DNA of 64,000 nucleotides from Heterodontus francisci (taxonomy: Eukaryota): the NCBI RefSeq assembly GCF_036365525.1, contig NC_090418.1, positions 7,294,304-7,358,303 on the forward strand, read 5' to 3'. This document shows positions 1 through 12,819 of this stretch, one piece after another. Below the pieces are notes generated by a model. The model had not been told where the DNA came from and did not search any database. It saw only the letters and a list, made by a program, of their open reading frames with translations. Every line of letters starts with the position of its first letter. The stretch's first letter is position 1. The position numbers and the translations under genes were made by a program.

Positions 1-1668
1 TGGGATTGATGCAGGGCTATGGGGAGAGCGCGCGGCAGTGGGATTAGTTTGGGATTGATACAGGGCTATGGGGAGAGAGTGGGGTGTGGGATTAGTTTGG
101 GATTGATGCAGGACTATGGGGAGAGAGTGGGGTGTGTAATTAGTTTGGGCTTGATACAGGACTATGGGGAGAGCGTGGAGCAGTGGGATTAGTTTGGGCT
201 TGATACAGGGCTATGGGGAGAGCGCGCGGCAGTGGGATTAGTTTGGGATTGATACAGGGCTATGGGGAGAGAGTGGGGTGTGGGATTAGTTTGGGATTGA
301 TGCAGGACTATGGGGAGAGAGTGGGGTGTGTAATTAGTTTGGGCTTGATACAGGACTATGGGGAGAGAGTGGGGCAGTGGGATTAGTTTGGGATTGATAC
401 AGGACTATAGGGAGAGAGCAGGGCAGTGGGATTTGTTTGGGATTGATAGTGGGGAGAGAGCAGGGCAGTGGGATTAGTTTGGGATTGATGCAGGGCTGTG
501 GGGAGAGAGTGGAGCAGTGGGATTAGTTTGGAATTGATACAGGGCTATAGGGAGAGAGCAGGGCAGTGGGATTTGTTTGGGATTGATACAGGGCTATGGG
601 GAGAGAGTGGGGGAGTGGGATTAGTTTTCGATTGTTACAGGGCTATGGGGAGAGAGTGGGGGAATGGGATTAGTTTGGGATTGATACAGGGCTATGGGGA
701 GAGAGTGGGGGAGTGGGATTAGTTTGGGATTGATACAGGGCTTTGGGGAGAGAGTGGGGCAGTGGGATTTGTTTGGGATTGATACAGGGCTATGGGGAGA
801 GAGTGGGGGAGTGGGATTAGTTTGGGATTGATACAGGGCTTTGGGGAGAGAGTGGGGCAGTGGGATTTGTTTGGGATTGATACAGGGCTGTGGGGAGAGA
901 GCGGGGCAGTGGGATTAGTTTGGGATTGATAGTGGGGAGAGAGTGGAGCAGTGGGATTAGTTTGGGATTGATACAGGACTATGGGGAGAGAGCGGGGGAA
1001 TGGGATTAGTTTGGGATTGATACAGGGCTATGGGGAGAGAGTGGGGGAGTGGGATTAGTTTGGGATTGCTACAGGGCTATGGGGGAGAGAGTGGGGGAGT
1101 GGGATTAGTTTGGGATTGCTACAGGGCTATGGGGGAGAGAGTGGGGGAGTGGGATTAGTTTGGGGATTGATACAGGGCTGTGGGGAGAGAGTGGGGCAAT
1201 GGAATTAGTTTGGGATTGATACAGGGCTGTGGGGAGAGAGTGGGGCAATGGAATTAGTTTGGGATTGATACAGGGCTATGGGGAGAGAGCGGGGGAATGG
1301 GATTAGTTTGGGATTGATACAGGGCTATGGGGAGAGAGCGGGGGAATGGGATTAGTTTGGGATTGATGCAGGGCTATGGGGAGAGAGCGGGGGAATGGGA
1401 TTAGTTTGGGATTGATGCAGGGCGGTGGGGAGAGAGCGGGGGAATGGGATTAGTTTGGGATTGATACAGGGCTGTGGGGAGAGTGTGGGGCAATGGAATT
1501 AGTTTGGGATTGATACAGGCCTATGGGGAAAGAGTGGGGGACTGGGATTAGTTTGGGATTGATACAGGACTATGGGGAGAGTGTTGCGCAGTGTGATTAG
1601 TTTGGGATTGATGCAGGCCTGTGGGGACAGAGTGGGGGAGTGGGATTAGTTTAGGATTGATACAGGGC
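1..1668 (+). repeat. Minisatellite, unit about 49 bp (GGGATTAGTTTGGGATTGATACAGGGCTATGGGGAGAGAGTGGGGCAGT), running off the left edge
   Basis: More than 30 imperfect tandem units read directly. The unit contains CAGGGCTATGGGGAGAG, also seen at a CR1 3' end in this window (about 16796). Confidence 0.95.
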
Positions 1669-1893
1669 CCCTAACAGCTCTGGTGATTTCCTGTTCTGTT
1701 GAGCATTTGATAACTATTTGGACAGGAGAGTACCGGGATTCTTTGTTTCCTGAGCTATTGACGTTGGGTTTAGTGTGATGTGTGTTGTATCTATCAGCCA
1801 GGCTCCAGCTCATGGCCCTCATTTCCCTCTTCCCTTTACTTTTACGAGGTTCTCTGTCATTTCGTAACCAAAGAAGTGTTTACAAGAACTTAC

Positions 1894-1947
1894 CAGTTAG
1901 AACTGCAACCATTTTGGACTCATGTGTATCTGAATATTTCACATTAC
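1894..1947 (-). CDS. Stalk micro-exon 2 of the minus-strand V receptor (GNVKYSDTHESKMVAVLT)
   Basis: Acceptor ctttttacctctcAG, donor GTAAGT, 54 nt, phase 1-1, open frame. Paralogous to the exon at 2082-2135. Confidence 0.7.
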
Positions 1948-2081
1948 CTGAGAGGTAAAAAGAAAGAAGCCAGCTTTATATAGCACCTTGCACATCCCCC
2001 AGAATGTTCCAAAGTAATTCACCGTGAGCCTACGTACAGAGCTACGGTGACAAAACAGGGAAGAATCCTGAAAGAACTTAC

Positions 2082-2135
2082 CGGACAAATCCGCGATGAC
2101 TTTGGACTCATTTGTTCCTTGATGTGTCGCATTAC
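2082..2135 (-). CDS. Stalk micro-exon 1 of the minus-strand V receptor (GNATHQGTNESKVIADLS)
   Basis: Acceptor ccttatctcgcAG, donor GTAAGT, 54 nt, phase 1-1 matching the upstream V exon. Carries NAT and NES N-glycosylation sequons. Confidence 0.7.
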
Positions 2136-2149
2136 CTGCGAGATAAGGA

Positions 2150-2580
2150 GGAATAACTTGCCTTTAATAGCGCCTTTCACATCCCCCAGAATGCCCTAAG
2201 GCATTCACAATTGCTAACTGTGCCAATGTGAAAACCAATTGACGCACAGCAAGATCCCACACTGAGCAAATGAGAGGGATGATTAAGCAATCTGGTTTTC
2301 TTTACCTGGCGTCGCTTCAGGGAGGAATGTTGGCCAGGACATCGGGCAGACATCTATACCCTTTGGCAAGTTGTGCCATGGAATCTTTTACTTATACCTG
2401 AACAGGCAGGCGGGGCCTCACTTTAATATTACATCTGGAGGATGGAAACTCTGTCAGCAAAGCATTCCCTCAGGACAGCACAGGAGTGTCAGCCTAACAA
2501 TTGTTCTCAAGTCCTGAAGTAGGGATTGAACCTGCAACCTTACAGCTCAGACATGAATTTGCTAGCACCGAGCCGAACTT
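2150..2580 (-). mobile_element. Degenerate Deu-type (SacSINE1/AmnSINE1-like) SINE
   Basis: GCACAGCAAGATCCCAC core shared with many copies in the window. Confidence 0.55.
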
Positions 2581-3469
2581 GTACTATTGCACTGCTTCAT
2601 AGTCTCATTTCTTTATAAACTTTCATCTGCAAATAAATCTGAGGGAGCATTTTAGCCTGCATGCATTGCTGCAGGGATATGTTAATCACCACTTGAAACC
2701 AATGGGAGAGTGACATATTCTCCTGCGAGTGCTATACCGTGATGCAGGAGCAATTGGTTAACTTGGGATCTTTAACCCTCTCACTGTGGGGCTTTGAGGC
2801 TTAGTTTGGATTGCTCCAGCTCCAGTACACACACGACGGGTTGAATGTCCTCATTCTGTACTGGAATCTTAAGTGGTTCTGATAGGGGCCCTAAAAGGCG
2901 CAGGTGTCAGCAGCATTGATTGCTGAGCCTTTAAAGGAGGACAATAGAAAGAACTGCATTTATAAAGCGCCTTTCACATCCTCAGGCTATCCCAAAGTCA
3001 TCCATAATGAATTCCTCTCTGTGTGACTGATGAACTTCTTTTGTGTTTGGATTTTGACAGTAACTCTCAGAATCTCTCTGCGTTGAAGCTCTCCCCTACA
3101 GTTTGGCTGACAAGCTTGTGTGAAGTTATCCCACAGTCTTTTTAACCAGACATGGACCAGTTCAACAGCGAACTGGAGGAGCTGGATATGGAGGTGGAGG
3201 CTTCCCAGCATGCAGAGCAATACTGCAAGCCTCCTATTAAAATGATAGGCCTTGTCATTTTTAATAGAGGCCTTTCACTATCGCTTAGGATGCTGGGAGA
3301 GCCCAACCACCATAGCTGGCCCTTACTATCTCTCACTGTCAAGTGCAGCCTAACCTGTTCTTCAATTAGATCTCGGTTAATCAGTATCTTAACTCCATCT
3401 ACCCACCTTGGTTCCATATCCCTTAATCCTCTGTGGTTGAGAAGGCATATGGAATCCTTTCCTTTATTA

Positions 3470-3785
3470 GCTGATGTATAGAATACAAGAGCAGGGAGGT
3501 TATGCTGAAACTGTATAAATCATTGGTTAGGCCACAACTTGAGTGCTGTGTGCAGTTCTGGTCACCTCATTACAGAAAGGATGTAATTGCACAAAAGAGG
3601 GTAGAGAGGAGATTTACAAGGATGTTGCCGGGACTGGAAAACTGCAGCTATGAGGAAAGATTGGATCGGCTGGGGTTGTTCTCCTTGGAACGGAGAAGGC
3701 TGAGGGGAGATCGGATTGAAATGTACAAAATGTTGAATAGAGTGAAGGTGAAGGGTCTAATCACCTTAGCAGAGAGGTCAGTGAC
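3470..3785 (+). mobile_element. CR1 LINE ORF2 3' fragment
   Basis: LYKSLVRPQLECCVQFWSPHYRKD...YEERLDRLGLFSLERRRLRGD. Confidence 0.9.
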
Positions 3786-4109
3786 AATAAACAATACAGA
3801 ACTTTGGACATCTGGAGAAGCTGTCTACAAAGAAGTGACAGGTCAAGATTGATGGAGGTCAAAAGGTTGACTTCCTGTTGTCGGTTTTACTTATGAATTC
3901 TTTTGAGTTGGGGTTGAGCTGTATAAACAGGGAGAGAACTTCCAAGGACAGGATAGAATTTCCAAGGAAGTAGTGAAGACCATAACCCAGTTCAGCTTTC
4001 CAGCACCTCTCTAAAAGACCCTGAGAAGTCCATTGTGTCAACTCATCTCATCTCCTGTCTTTGAAGAAAAGCCTGCTAAATTAATTTTCAACACCAGTGA
4101 CTCCTTCTT

Positions 4110-4550
4110 AAATAAAAGCAAAATACTGCGGATTCTGGAAATCTGAAATAAAAACAAGAAATGCTGGAATCACTCAGCAGGTCTGGCAGCATCTGCGGAA
4201 CGAGAAGCAGAGTGAACATTTCAGGTCGATGACCTTTCGGCAGAACTGGGATAAGTTAGCAATGTCATAGGTTTTAAGCAAGTGAAGGGGGGAGGGTGGA
4301 AAAAGAACAAAAGAGAAGGTATATGATAGTTTGGAAGACAGGAGAGATGAAAAGACAAAAGGACTGGTGGTGCACAGCCAAAGGGATCGGTAATGGGGAC
4401 TACCTTATCCCTCATTCTGCTCAAAGTTCTCCCAGGTGGACATTTAAGAAGGAGTAAAAACAAGAAATGCTGGAATCACTCAGCAGGTCTGGCAGCATCT
4501 GTGGAAAGAGAAGCAGAGTTAACGTTTCGGGTCAGTGACCCTTCTGAAGG
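4110..4550 (-). mobile_element. Penelope-like element terminal (pLTR) fragments, internally duplicated
   Basis: AAACAAGAAATGCTGGAATCACTCAGCAGGTCTGGCAGCATCTG occurs twice here. It also occurs at about 43140, next to a GIY-YIG-type C-terminal ORF. Confidence 0.6.
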
Positions 4551-5204
4551 GAGGGGGCAATGCACAAGCTGCCAGGGTGAGAAGAATGGAGGGCCAGATG
4601 GTCGATGGAAGCTACAAGGAATAGGGAGATGGCAAGGACATCTAGTTTAAGCCGAGTGAAGCTTGGAGATAATTGGAATAGTCAAGTCTGGAGGTGACAA
4701 ACACGAGGATGGGGGTTTGTGTGGCAGATGGGCTGAGGTAGGCGGCGGAGACAAGGTGCTGTGATGGATGTAGAAGTCGGCGGTCTTTGTAACAGAGAGG
4801 CTATGGGGTCAGAAGCCCAGCTGAGGGGTGATAGCACACTGAGGTTGTATACAGTCTGGCTCAGCCTGGGATAATGGTTGGGGAAGGGGGATGGATTTAA
4901 TGCTATGGTTTTGGCCTTCCTAGTGCAAGGTCAAGAGAGGTGGTGGAGAGATAGAGCTGGGTGTCATCTGAGGGCAAAGCATTGGAAAAGCATGGTCTTT
5001 CGACCCTGTCAAAGATCGCGGAGAGGTCAAGAAAGATGGGGAGGGACACAGTGGGACCACATGAGGGCAGTCCGAACCAGCTAGTTAACAGAGGAGAGGC
5101 TTTGGAGGAGGATTATGTGGCCAACATTATCAAAGACTGAGGGGGACTAAGGAGGGATGGTCACAGTGGTAACTCCTAGTACCAGCATGGTCAAGAGAGA
5201 ACCA

Positions 5205-5700
5205 CATGGGCATGAGAACAGGAGGAGGCCATTAAGCCCCTCGAGCTAGTTCTGCCATTCAATTAGATCATGGCTGATCTATATCCTAACTCCATTTACC
5301 CATCACCCTTAATACCAGTGGTTAACAAAAAATCTACCAATCGCAGATTTAAAATTAACAATTGATGTATCATCAATTGTCATTTTGCGGCAGGAGTTCC
5401 GATTTTCCACCATGCTTTGCTTGTCGAAGTGTTTCTTAATTTCACTCCTGAAAGATCTGGATCTAATTTTTACGCTATACTCCCTCGTCCGAGCCTCCCC
5501 AACCAGCGAAATTAGTTTCTCTCTATCTGTTACATTTAATATCCTGAAAGCTTTAATCAAATTGCCCTTAACCTTTTAAATTCCAGGGAATTCTACTCCA
5601 GTTTGCGTAATCGCTCCTCGTAATTTAACCCTTGGAGTCCAGGTATCATCCTGGTAAATCTACGCTGCGCTGCCCCCCCCCAAGCCCACTATATCCTTCC
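5205..5700 (-). mobile_element. CR1 LINE 3' fragment
   Basis: Degenerate ORF (IKAFRILNVTDREKLISLVGEARTR) plus a CR1-type tail. Confidence 0.75.
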
Positions 5701-5742
5701 TAAGGAAGGGAAGGGGTGGGTGAAGGAGGCTTGAATCTGTAC

Positions 5743-6099
5743 CTTGTATGATTCGAAGCTGGGTCCCATTTCCCTTCATCTGAATAATGGGCAAAGGTTC
5801 CAGAATCTGGATGACACACATGTAACGGCCGCTGTCGCTGGCACTGGCCATTCTGATACGCAGCGTGGTGCTCCGCGTCTGCAGGTCCGCATTGAGAGTC
5901 AGCCTCCGGCTGGTCCTGCCCATTGTCTTGCTGCCTGGCACTAGTCTGTACACCTCCCCCTCGGGCAGATCCCATTGGAATGTTACCAGCTGCGGCACCT
6001 TCCTGGGCGCATCGAAGTGGCAGTTCAAATCCACAGTGGCACCTTCCTCGGCCTCGAGCGAGGCTGGCGACTGATGGACCCCACCTCGGACCGTGCCCC
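5743..6099 (-). CDS. V-set Ig exon (V and J-like G strand in one exon) of a CD28-family-like receptor
   Basis: 357 nt, phase 1-1, acceptor tcttttcacAG, donor GTACAG. Translation VHQSPASLEAEEGATVDLNC...FQW...TTLRI...DSGRYMC VIQILEPLPIIQMKGNGTQLRI shows the canonical Cys/Trp/Cys, DxGxYxC, a proline-rich FG loop and a GNGT bulge. Confidence 0.9.
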
Positions 6100-6124
6100 C
6101 TGTGAAAAGACCAAGCATCGGAGT

Positions 6125-7025
6125 TAGGGCAAAGTGTCAGCACTGGCTCAAGGGGTAACACTCTCACCTCTGAGTCGGGACGTCATGAGTTCGACTTACT
6201 CCAGGGCAGTCATAAAAAGACTGACTTGCATTGATATAGAACCTTCCACTATCTCAGGATGTCTCAAACTGTTTTACAGCCAATGAAGTGCGGTCACTGT
6301 CGTAATGTCGGAAACGTGGCAACGAGTTTCTGCACAGCAAGATCCCACACACAGCAATGTGACAATGACCCAGATCATCAGCTTTAACGTTATTGGTTGA
6401 TGGTTAAATATCGGCCCCGGAAGCGAGGGATCACTCCCCTGCTCTTCCTGGGAACGTTGTCATGGGATCTTTTATGTCCACCTGAGAGAGCAGACGGTGC
6501 TTTCTGCAAGACGGCACCTCCAACAGTGCAGCACACCCTCAGTACAGGCACTGGGAGCTTCAGCCCAGATTTTTGTGCTCAAGTCTCTCATAGAGGGACT
6601 TAACCCCACAATCTTCTGACTCAGGGGTGGGAGTGCTGCACACAGAGCCACTGCTAACAATCTAGGCTGATAGTCCAGTGCAGTCACTGCGGGAGTGCTG
6701 CACTGTTGGAGGATAAGACATTAAACTGAGGCCTCGTCTGCCCTCTCGGGCGGATGTAAAGGATATTGGGTCACTATTGGAAGAAGAGCAGGGGCAAACT
6801 GCCAACTGTCCTGTCCAGTATTTAACCGTCAATCAACACCATAAAAAAAACACAGGTTATCGGGTTGTTTATCTCATTGCTGTTTGTGGGCCCTTGCAGT
6901 GTGAAAATTGCCTGCTGGTCCCCCATGTTACATCAGGCATCACACATCAAAATGTATTTAATTGGCTGCAAAGCTCTTTTAGATGTCCTGAAAGGAGCTA
7001 CATAAATGCAGGTCTTTTTCTTTCT
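6125..7025. mobile_element. Cluster of Deu-type SINE copies in both orientations
   Basis: CCACCTGAGAG..CAGACGG..GCACCTCC..CAGTGCAGCAC motifs and their reverse complement. Confidence 0.6.
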
Positions 7026-7074
7026 GAATTACAACGGAGGAATTGAAATCTGAAATAAAAACGGAGGGTGGGGA

Positions 7075-9005
7075 GGGAACTGAACAAATCGTTGGAGCTG
7101 CGGGCTGACAAGTCCCCAGGTCCTGATGGACTTCATCCTAGGGTGTTAAAAGAAGTGGTTAGTGAGGTAGTTGATGCATTCGTTTTAATTTTCCAAAATT
7201 CCCTAGATTCGGGGGAGGTTCCATTAGATTGGAAAATAGCGAATTTAACTCCTTTATTCAAAAAGGGAGGGAGACAGAAAACAGGAAACTCCAGGCCAGT
7301 TAGCTTAACATCTGTCTTAGGGAAAATGTTAGAAGCTATTATTAAAGATGTTTTAGCAGGCATTTAGAAAAATTCAAGGTAATCAGGCAGGATCAGCATG
7401 GTTTTGTGAAAGGGAAATCATGCTTAAACAATTTATTGGAGTTCTTTGAGGGAGTTTCATGTGCTGTGGATAAAGGGGAACCGGTGGATGTATTGTACTT
7501 AGATTTCCAGAAGGCATTTGATAAGGTGCACATCAAAGGTTATTGCAGAAATTAAAAGCTCATGGTGTAGGGGGTAACATATTGGCATGGATAGAAGATT
7601 GGCTAGCTAACAGGAAACAGAGAGTAGGCATAAATGGATCATTTTCTGGTTGGCAAGATGTAACGAGTGGTGTGCCACAGGGAGCTGTGCTGGGGCCTCA
7701 ACTTTTTTACAATTTGTATAAATGACTTAGATGAAGGGACCAAAGGCGTGGTTGCTAAATTGGCTGATGACACAAAGATAAGTCAGATTGACGGCGGCAC
7801 AGTGGCGCAGTGGTTAGCACCGCAGCCTCACAGCTCCAGGGACCCGGGTTCAATTCTAGGTACTGTCTGTGTGGAGTTTGCAAGTTCTCCCTGTGTCTGC
7901 GTGGGTTTCCTCCGGGTGCTCCGGTTTCCTCCCACCGCCAAAGACTTGCAGATGATAGGTAAATTGGCTGTTATAAATTGCCCCTAGTGCAGGTAGGTGG
8001 TAGGGCAGATGGGATTACTGTAGGGTTAGTATAAATGGGTGGTTGTTGGTCGGCACAGACTCGGTGGGCCGAAGGGCCTGTTTCAGTGCTGTATCTCTAA
8101 ATAAATAAAAATAAATAAGTAACTTGTGAATAGAACGTAAGGGGACTACAAAGGAATATAGATAGGTTAAGTGAATGGACAAAGACCTGGCAAATGGAGT
8201 ATAATGTGGGAAAGTGGGAAATTGTCCACTTTGGCAGGAAGAACAAAAAAGAAGCATATTACCTAAATGATGAAAGCTTGCAGAGCTCTGAGATGCAGAG
8301 GGTTCTGGGTGTCCTCGTGCATGAATCGCAAAAGGTTAGTATGCAGGTACAGCAGGTAATTAGGAAAGCTAATAGAATGTTATTGTTTATCGTGAGGGGA
8401 ATTGAATAAAAAAGTAGGGAGGTTATGCTTCAGCCAAACGGGGCATTGGTGAGACCACATCTGGAGTACTGTGTACAGTACTGGTCTCCTTATTTATGGA
8501 AGGATGTAAATGCCTTGGAAGCAGTTCAGAGAAGGTTTACTAGACTAATACCTGGAATGGGCGGGTTGTCTTACGAGGAAAGATTGGACAGGCTAGGCTT
8601 GTATCTGCTGGAATTTAGAAGAGTAAGAGGCGTCTTGATTGAAACATATAAGATCCTGAGGGGTCTTGACAGGGTGGGTATGGAAAGGATGTTTCCCCTT
8701 GTGGGAGAATCTAGAACTAGGGGTCACTGTTTAAAAATAAGGGGTCGCCCATTTAAGACAGAGATGAGGAGAAATTTTTTCTCTCAGAGGGTCGTGAGCC
8801 TTTGGAATTCTCTTCCTCAAAAGGCGGTGGAAGCCGAGTCTTTGAATATTTTTAAGGCAGAGGTAGATAGATTCTTGATAAGCAAGGGAGCGGAAGGTTA
8901 TCGGGGGTAGGTGGAAATGTGGAGTAATCAGTTCAGCCATGAACTTATTGAATGGCTCGAAGGGCCGAGTGGACTACTCCTGCTCCTAATTCGTATGTTC
9001 GTATG
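7075..9005 (+). mobile_element. 5'-truncated CR1 LINE (RT through 3' end), frameshifted, with a nested SINE
   Basis: KSPGPDGLHPRVLKE, VPLDWKIAN, SGVPQG.VLGP, LADDTK, LVRPHLEYCVQYWSP, and a (TATGTTCG) tail. Confidence 0.95.
7793..8118 (+). mobile_element. tRNA-derived SINE (HE1-like) nested in the CR1
   Basis: A-box TGGCGCAGTGG, B-box GGTTCAATTCT, CR1-like tail ending in (TAAA)n. It interrupts the CR1 just after ADDTK. Confidence 0.85.
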
Positions 9006-10472
9006 TCTCAGAGAGCCAGTGTGGTTTCGGAGCAAACAGAGGCACAACTGACATCGTATTTGCACTCAGACAATTACAAGAAAAGTGTCCTGAGCAAATC
9101 AAAGGTCTGTACGTCACTTTCGCAGACCTCACCAAGGCATTTGACACTCTGAGCGGAGATGGACTTTGGAAAATCCTTGTAAAACTTGGATGCCCACCCA
9201 GGTTCCTGGCCATGGTGAAGCAGTTTCATGAAAATCAGCATGGACAAGGCATCAAAACAGCGACCTCTTGAGTCCCTTCCGTATCTCCAATGGTGTGTAG
9301 CAGGGTTGTGTGCTGGCCTCGACCCTATTCACCATCTTTTTCAGCATGATGCTGCAGAAGGCAACGGAAGACCTTGAGGATGGAGTTTACGTTCACTGAC
9401 GGACTGATGAGACCTTTCCAACCTCAGGCGTCTTCAGGCTCACACAAAGACACAAGAAAAACTCATCCACGAACTTCTTTTCGCTGATGACTGTGCTCTC
9501 CTGGCCCACAGGCAGTCAGATCTGCAACGTATAACAACACGTTTTTCCGAGGCGGCACAAGTGTTTGGATTAAAAATCAGTGTAAAGAAAACTGAAGACC
9601 TGCGTCAGCCTGCACCCCAAGAAGAATATAGACCACCGAGCATGGTCAGCGAGGGAACCGAGCTGAATACTGTCAAGTAATTTACTTATTTGGGGAGTGT
9701 CATCTCGTTTGATGCCACCATAGACAAGTAAAACCATAGACAAGTCAAAAGTAAACAGTACATTCGGCAGACTATACCAATGTGTGTGGAGCAACCACAG
9801 CCTCAGAGCAAAGACCAAATTCAAAGTGTACAAACTCAAAGTCCTCACCACCCTTCTGTATGGCACCAAGTCATGGGTCCTAAACCGCCATCATGTACGC
9901 CTTCTAGAGCTCTTCCATCAGTGCTGCGTCCACAGCATCCTCAAGATCCGCTGGCAGGACCACATCATAAACATTGAAGTCCTGGAAACAGCCAATATCA
10001 CCAGCATCGAGGCCATCCTCCTGCAAAGCCAACTGTGTTGGGTGGGTCACGTTACCCGGATGGACGACAGTCGCCTGCCCAAGATCGTGTTGTATGGAGA
10101 GCTGACCACGGGTAAAAGGAACAAAAGGGCCCCATGCAAACGTTTCAAGGACTCCCTGAAGAAGTCCCTCTCTGTGTGCCACATCGACCATCGCCAGTGG
10201 GAAGTGCAGGCCACAGATCGTGATGCCTGGAGATGCCACATCAGGAGGGCTACAGATACCTTGGAGACTGAGCGAAGAACCAGCATGAAAGAGAAAAGGA
10301 GGAGAAGGATAGATCCAATTACCCCCAGCAGAGACTACACCTTCACTTTGTACCCACTGTGGGAGAATCTGCCGGTCACGGATAGGCCTGACTAGCCACC
10401 AGCAGGCCTGCAACCGATGACTACAACCTTCCCAAAATCTTTGTCAGCAAAGAAATGACAAGAAGATGTTTT
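9006..10472 (+). mobile_element. Degenerate RTE-clade LINE inserted in the CR1 tail
   Basis: ELLFADD at about 9470, WVGHVTRMDDSRLPKIVLYGEL. Flanking repeat TATGTTCGTATG at 8994-9005 and 10473-10484 is a candidate TSD. Confidence 0.85.
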
Positions 10473-10484
10473 TATGTTCGTATG

Positions 10485-11352
10485 CTCCTTCTACACTGTC
10501 CCCATCAAACACTCCCAGGACAGGAACAGCACGGGTTAGATACAGAGTAAAGCTCCCTCAACACTGTCCCCCATCAAACACTCCCAGGGCAGGTACAGCA
10601 TGGGGGTTAGATATAGAGTAAAGCTCCCTCTACACTGTCCCCATCAAACACTCCCAGGACAGGTACAGTACGGGGTTAGATACAGAGTAAAGCTCCCTCT
10701 ACACTGTCCCTTTACAGTGGAAGGGAAAGGCTCAGTTGCTTTGAATCCACCAAGCCCAGAGTTGAAAGGTCAGTGCTGTAACCAATCCACGCTGCCTTAA
10801 AAAACAGGGTTAGATACAGAGTAAAGCTCCCGCTACACTGTCCCATCAAAAAAAAAGAAAAAAAAAAAAAAACGGGTTAGATACAGAGTAAAGCTCCTTC
10901 TACACTGTCCCCATCAAACACTCCCAGGGCAGGTACAGCATGGGGGTTAGATATAGAGTAAAACTCCCTCTACACTGTCCCCATCAAAAAGAAAAAAGAA
11001 AAAAAAAACGGGGTTAGAAATAGAGTAAAGCTCCCTCTACACTGTCCCCATCAAACACTCCCAAGGCAGGTACAGCATGGGGGTTAGATACAGAGTAAAG
11101 CTCCCTCTACACTGTCCCCATCAAACGCTCCCAGGACAGGTACAGCATGGGGGTTAGATACAGAGTAAAGCTCCCTCTACACTGTCCCCATCAAACACTC
11201 CCAGGACAGGTACAGCACGGGGGTTAGATGCAGAGTAAAACTCCCTCTACACTGTCCCCATCAAAAAGAAAAAAGAAAAAAAAAAAACGGGGTTAGATGC
11301 AGAGTAAAGCTCCCTCTACACTGTCCCCATCAAACACTCCCAGGGCAGGTAC
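10485..11352 (+). repeat. Minisatellite, unit about 68-70 bp (GGTTAGATACAGAGTAAAGCTCCCTCTACACTGTCCCCATCAAACACTCCCAGGACAGGTACAGCAC)
   Basis: About 11 units, some with poly-A replacing half the unit. The same unit occurs at 34890-34922, 37199-37250 and 54194-54300. Confidence 0.9.
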
Positions 11353-12012
11353 ATCACCTGTTAGAGAGATAGCTAAATACTTTTGTGTTTTTCTTATCTC
11401 TGCTTATTCATTGAAACCCAGGACGTATTTTTGCACCTAATTGCCTGACTGAGGATGTAGTCAGTGTCATGAAACCTGGAGGCTGGAGGAGAATTTTTTC
11501 AGGCAGTCCTTGTTAATGTCGCACAGGAGAGGCAGGGTGTTTACAGAGCACCCTCCTCCCTTAGATACCGAGGACACATTCCGCTTTATATATCACATGT
11601 TTAGACGCTTCGAAAATAAGTCACTTGTTCTACAAGCTTCACTTGCATCAAGTCTTAGCACTAGGAAGAATTTTGTGAAGAGATCGCAAACAGAACATAA
11701 AACAGGGACGCAGAAAGGAGAAACAGATGCACATTGGAGAAGCAGCTAGAGAAATAGTGAGAGACAGAGAAAGAGATGGACAGCTTGATAGATAGATATA
11801 TATAGAGAGAGAGAGATCGCCAGACATATATTGAGAATATATAGAGAGAAATAGATACAGAGATAGATATATAGAGATGGAACATGAGAGAACTGTGGAT
11901 AGATGGATACTTAGATCGAGATATAGTGCAAAATATATAGAGAGAAAACACAAAGACTTGTCTTTGTGTAACACATTTCACAACATCAGGGAACCTAAAG
12001 TGCTTTACAACC

Positions 12013-12144
12013 NNNNNNNNNNNNNNNNNNNNNNNNNNNNNNNNNNNNNNNNNNNNNNNNNNNNNNNNNNNNNNNNNNNNNNNNNNNNNNNNNNNNNNNN
12101 NNNNNNNNNNNNNNNNNNNNNNNNNNNNNNNNNNNNNNNNNNNN
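12013..12144. other. Assembly gap (N run)
   Basis: N bases. Confidence 1.
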
Positions 12145-12195
12145 AGGTGTAGAATACAGCAGAGGATCTGCTCTGTTGATGTTCTACTCACGTAC

Positions 12196-12253
12196 CTTGA
12201 ATTAATAACAGCCAGATGCTGATCAGGAGGACACTGGGGAGCTTCAAGTCCAT
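12196..12253 (-). CDS. Leader (signal peptide) exon of the minus-strand V receptor, MDLKLPSVLLISIWLLLIQ(G)
   Basis: 58 nt, ATG at 12253, hydrophobic core, donor G|GTACGT, phase 1. Splices in frame to 6099 giving ...LIQGGTVRG-GVHQSP, a plausible cleavage site. Confidence 0.8.
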
Positions 12254-12819
12254 ATCTGTACCACTCGCTGTTGAATAACCTTCGACTTGAAGAAGCTTTA
12301 CAACTTTGGATATCTCACGTTAGATAGCCATTAACGTATCACCTTCATGAGAGCAGACTGCAGCCGAGCCCTGTGCAGGGAGATCTCAACTCATAGCCCA
12401 TCAGAACGCAAGCTGGACAAGTGTCTTTTGTAATCCCATCTCGACAAGACAGGAATTAGTTTTGCCAGGCGTGTGGAGGTCATCGGAGTCTGGGGAAGTT
12501 TTATTCTGACTCAGTCTCTCTCAGCCCTGTCGCCACACTGCAAGATTCAACTTTCACACTCACTCATTTCCCTCTCTGGCTCCAGGGTAGATTGTGTAAT
12601 CGCTAAGACCCTTCAGTACCAGATGACAACTAAGACTTGTTCTTGTATTTCACCGTTAATGCTCATCCAGGACTCTCCTATCCCGCACAATCTCACCATC
12701 GAGTTCTTTGCTGAATCCATTGGGAAACTGTTCCCAGTGCGAGAACTTCATATCCGAATTCCCATCTCCTCGGTATTCCATTCCCTTCAACCTAGTGCAC
12801 CTCCGAGACCTCCTTCAGC

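Noticed and set aside
7793-7865. tRNA gene
   Set aside because: The A and B boxes are the head of a SINE whose body and tail recur at 18299 and 24830.
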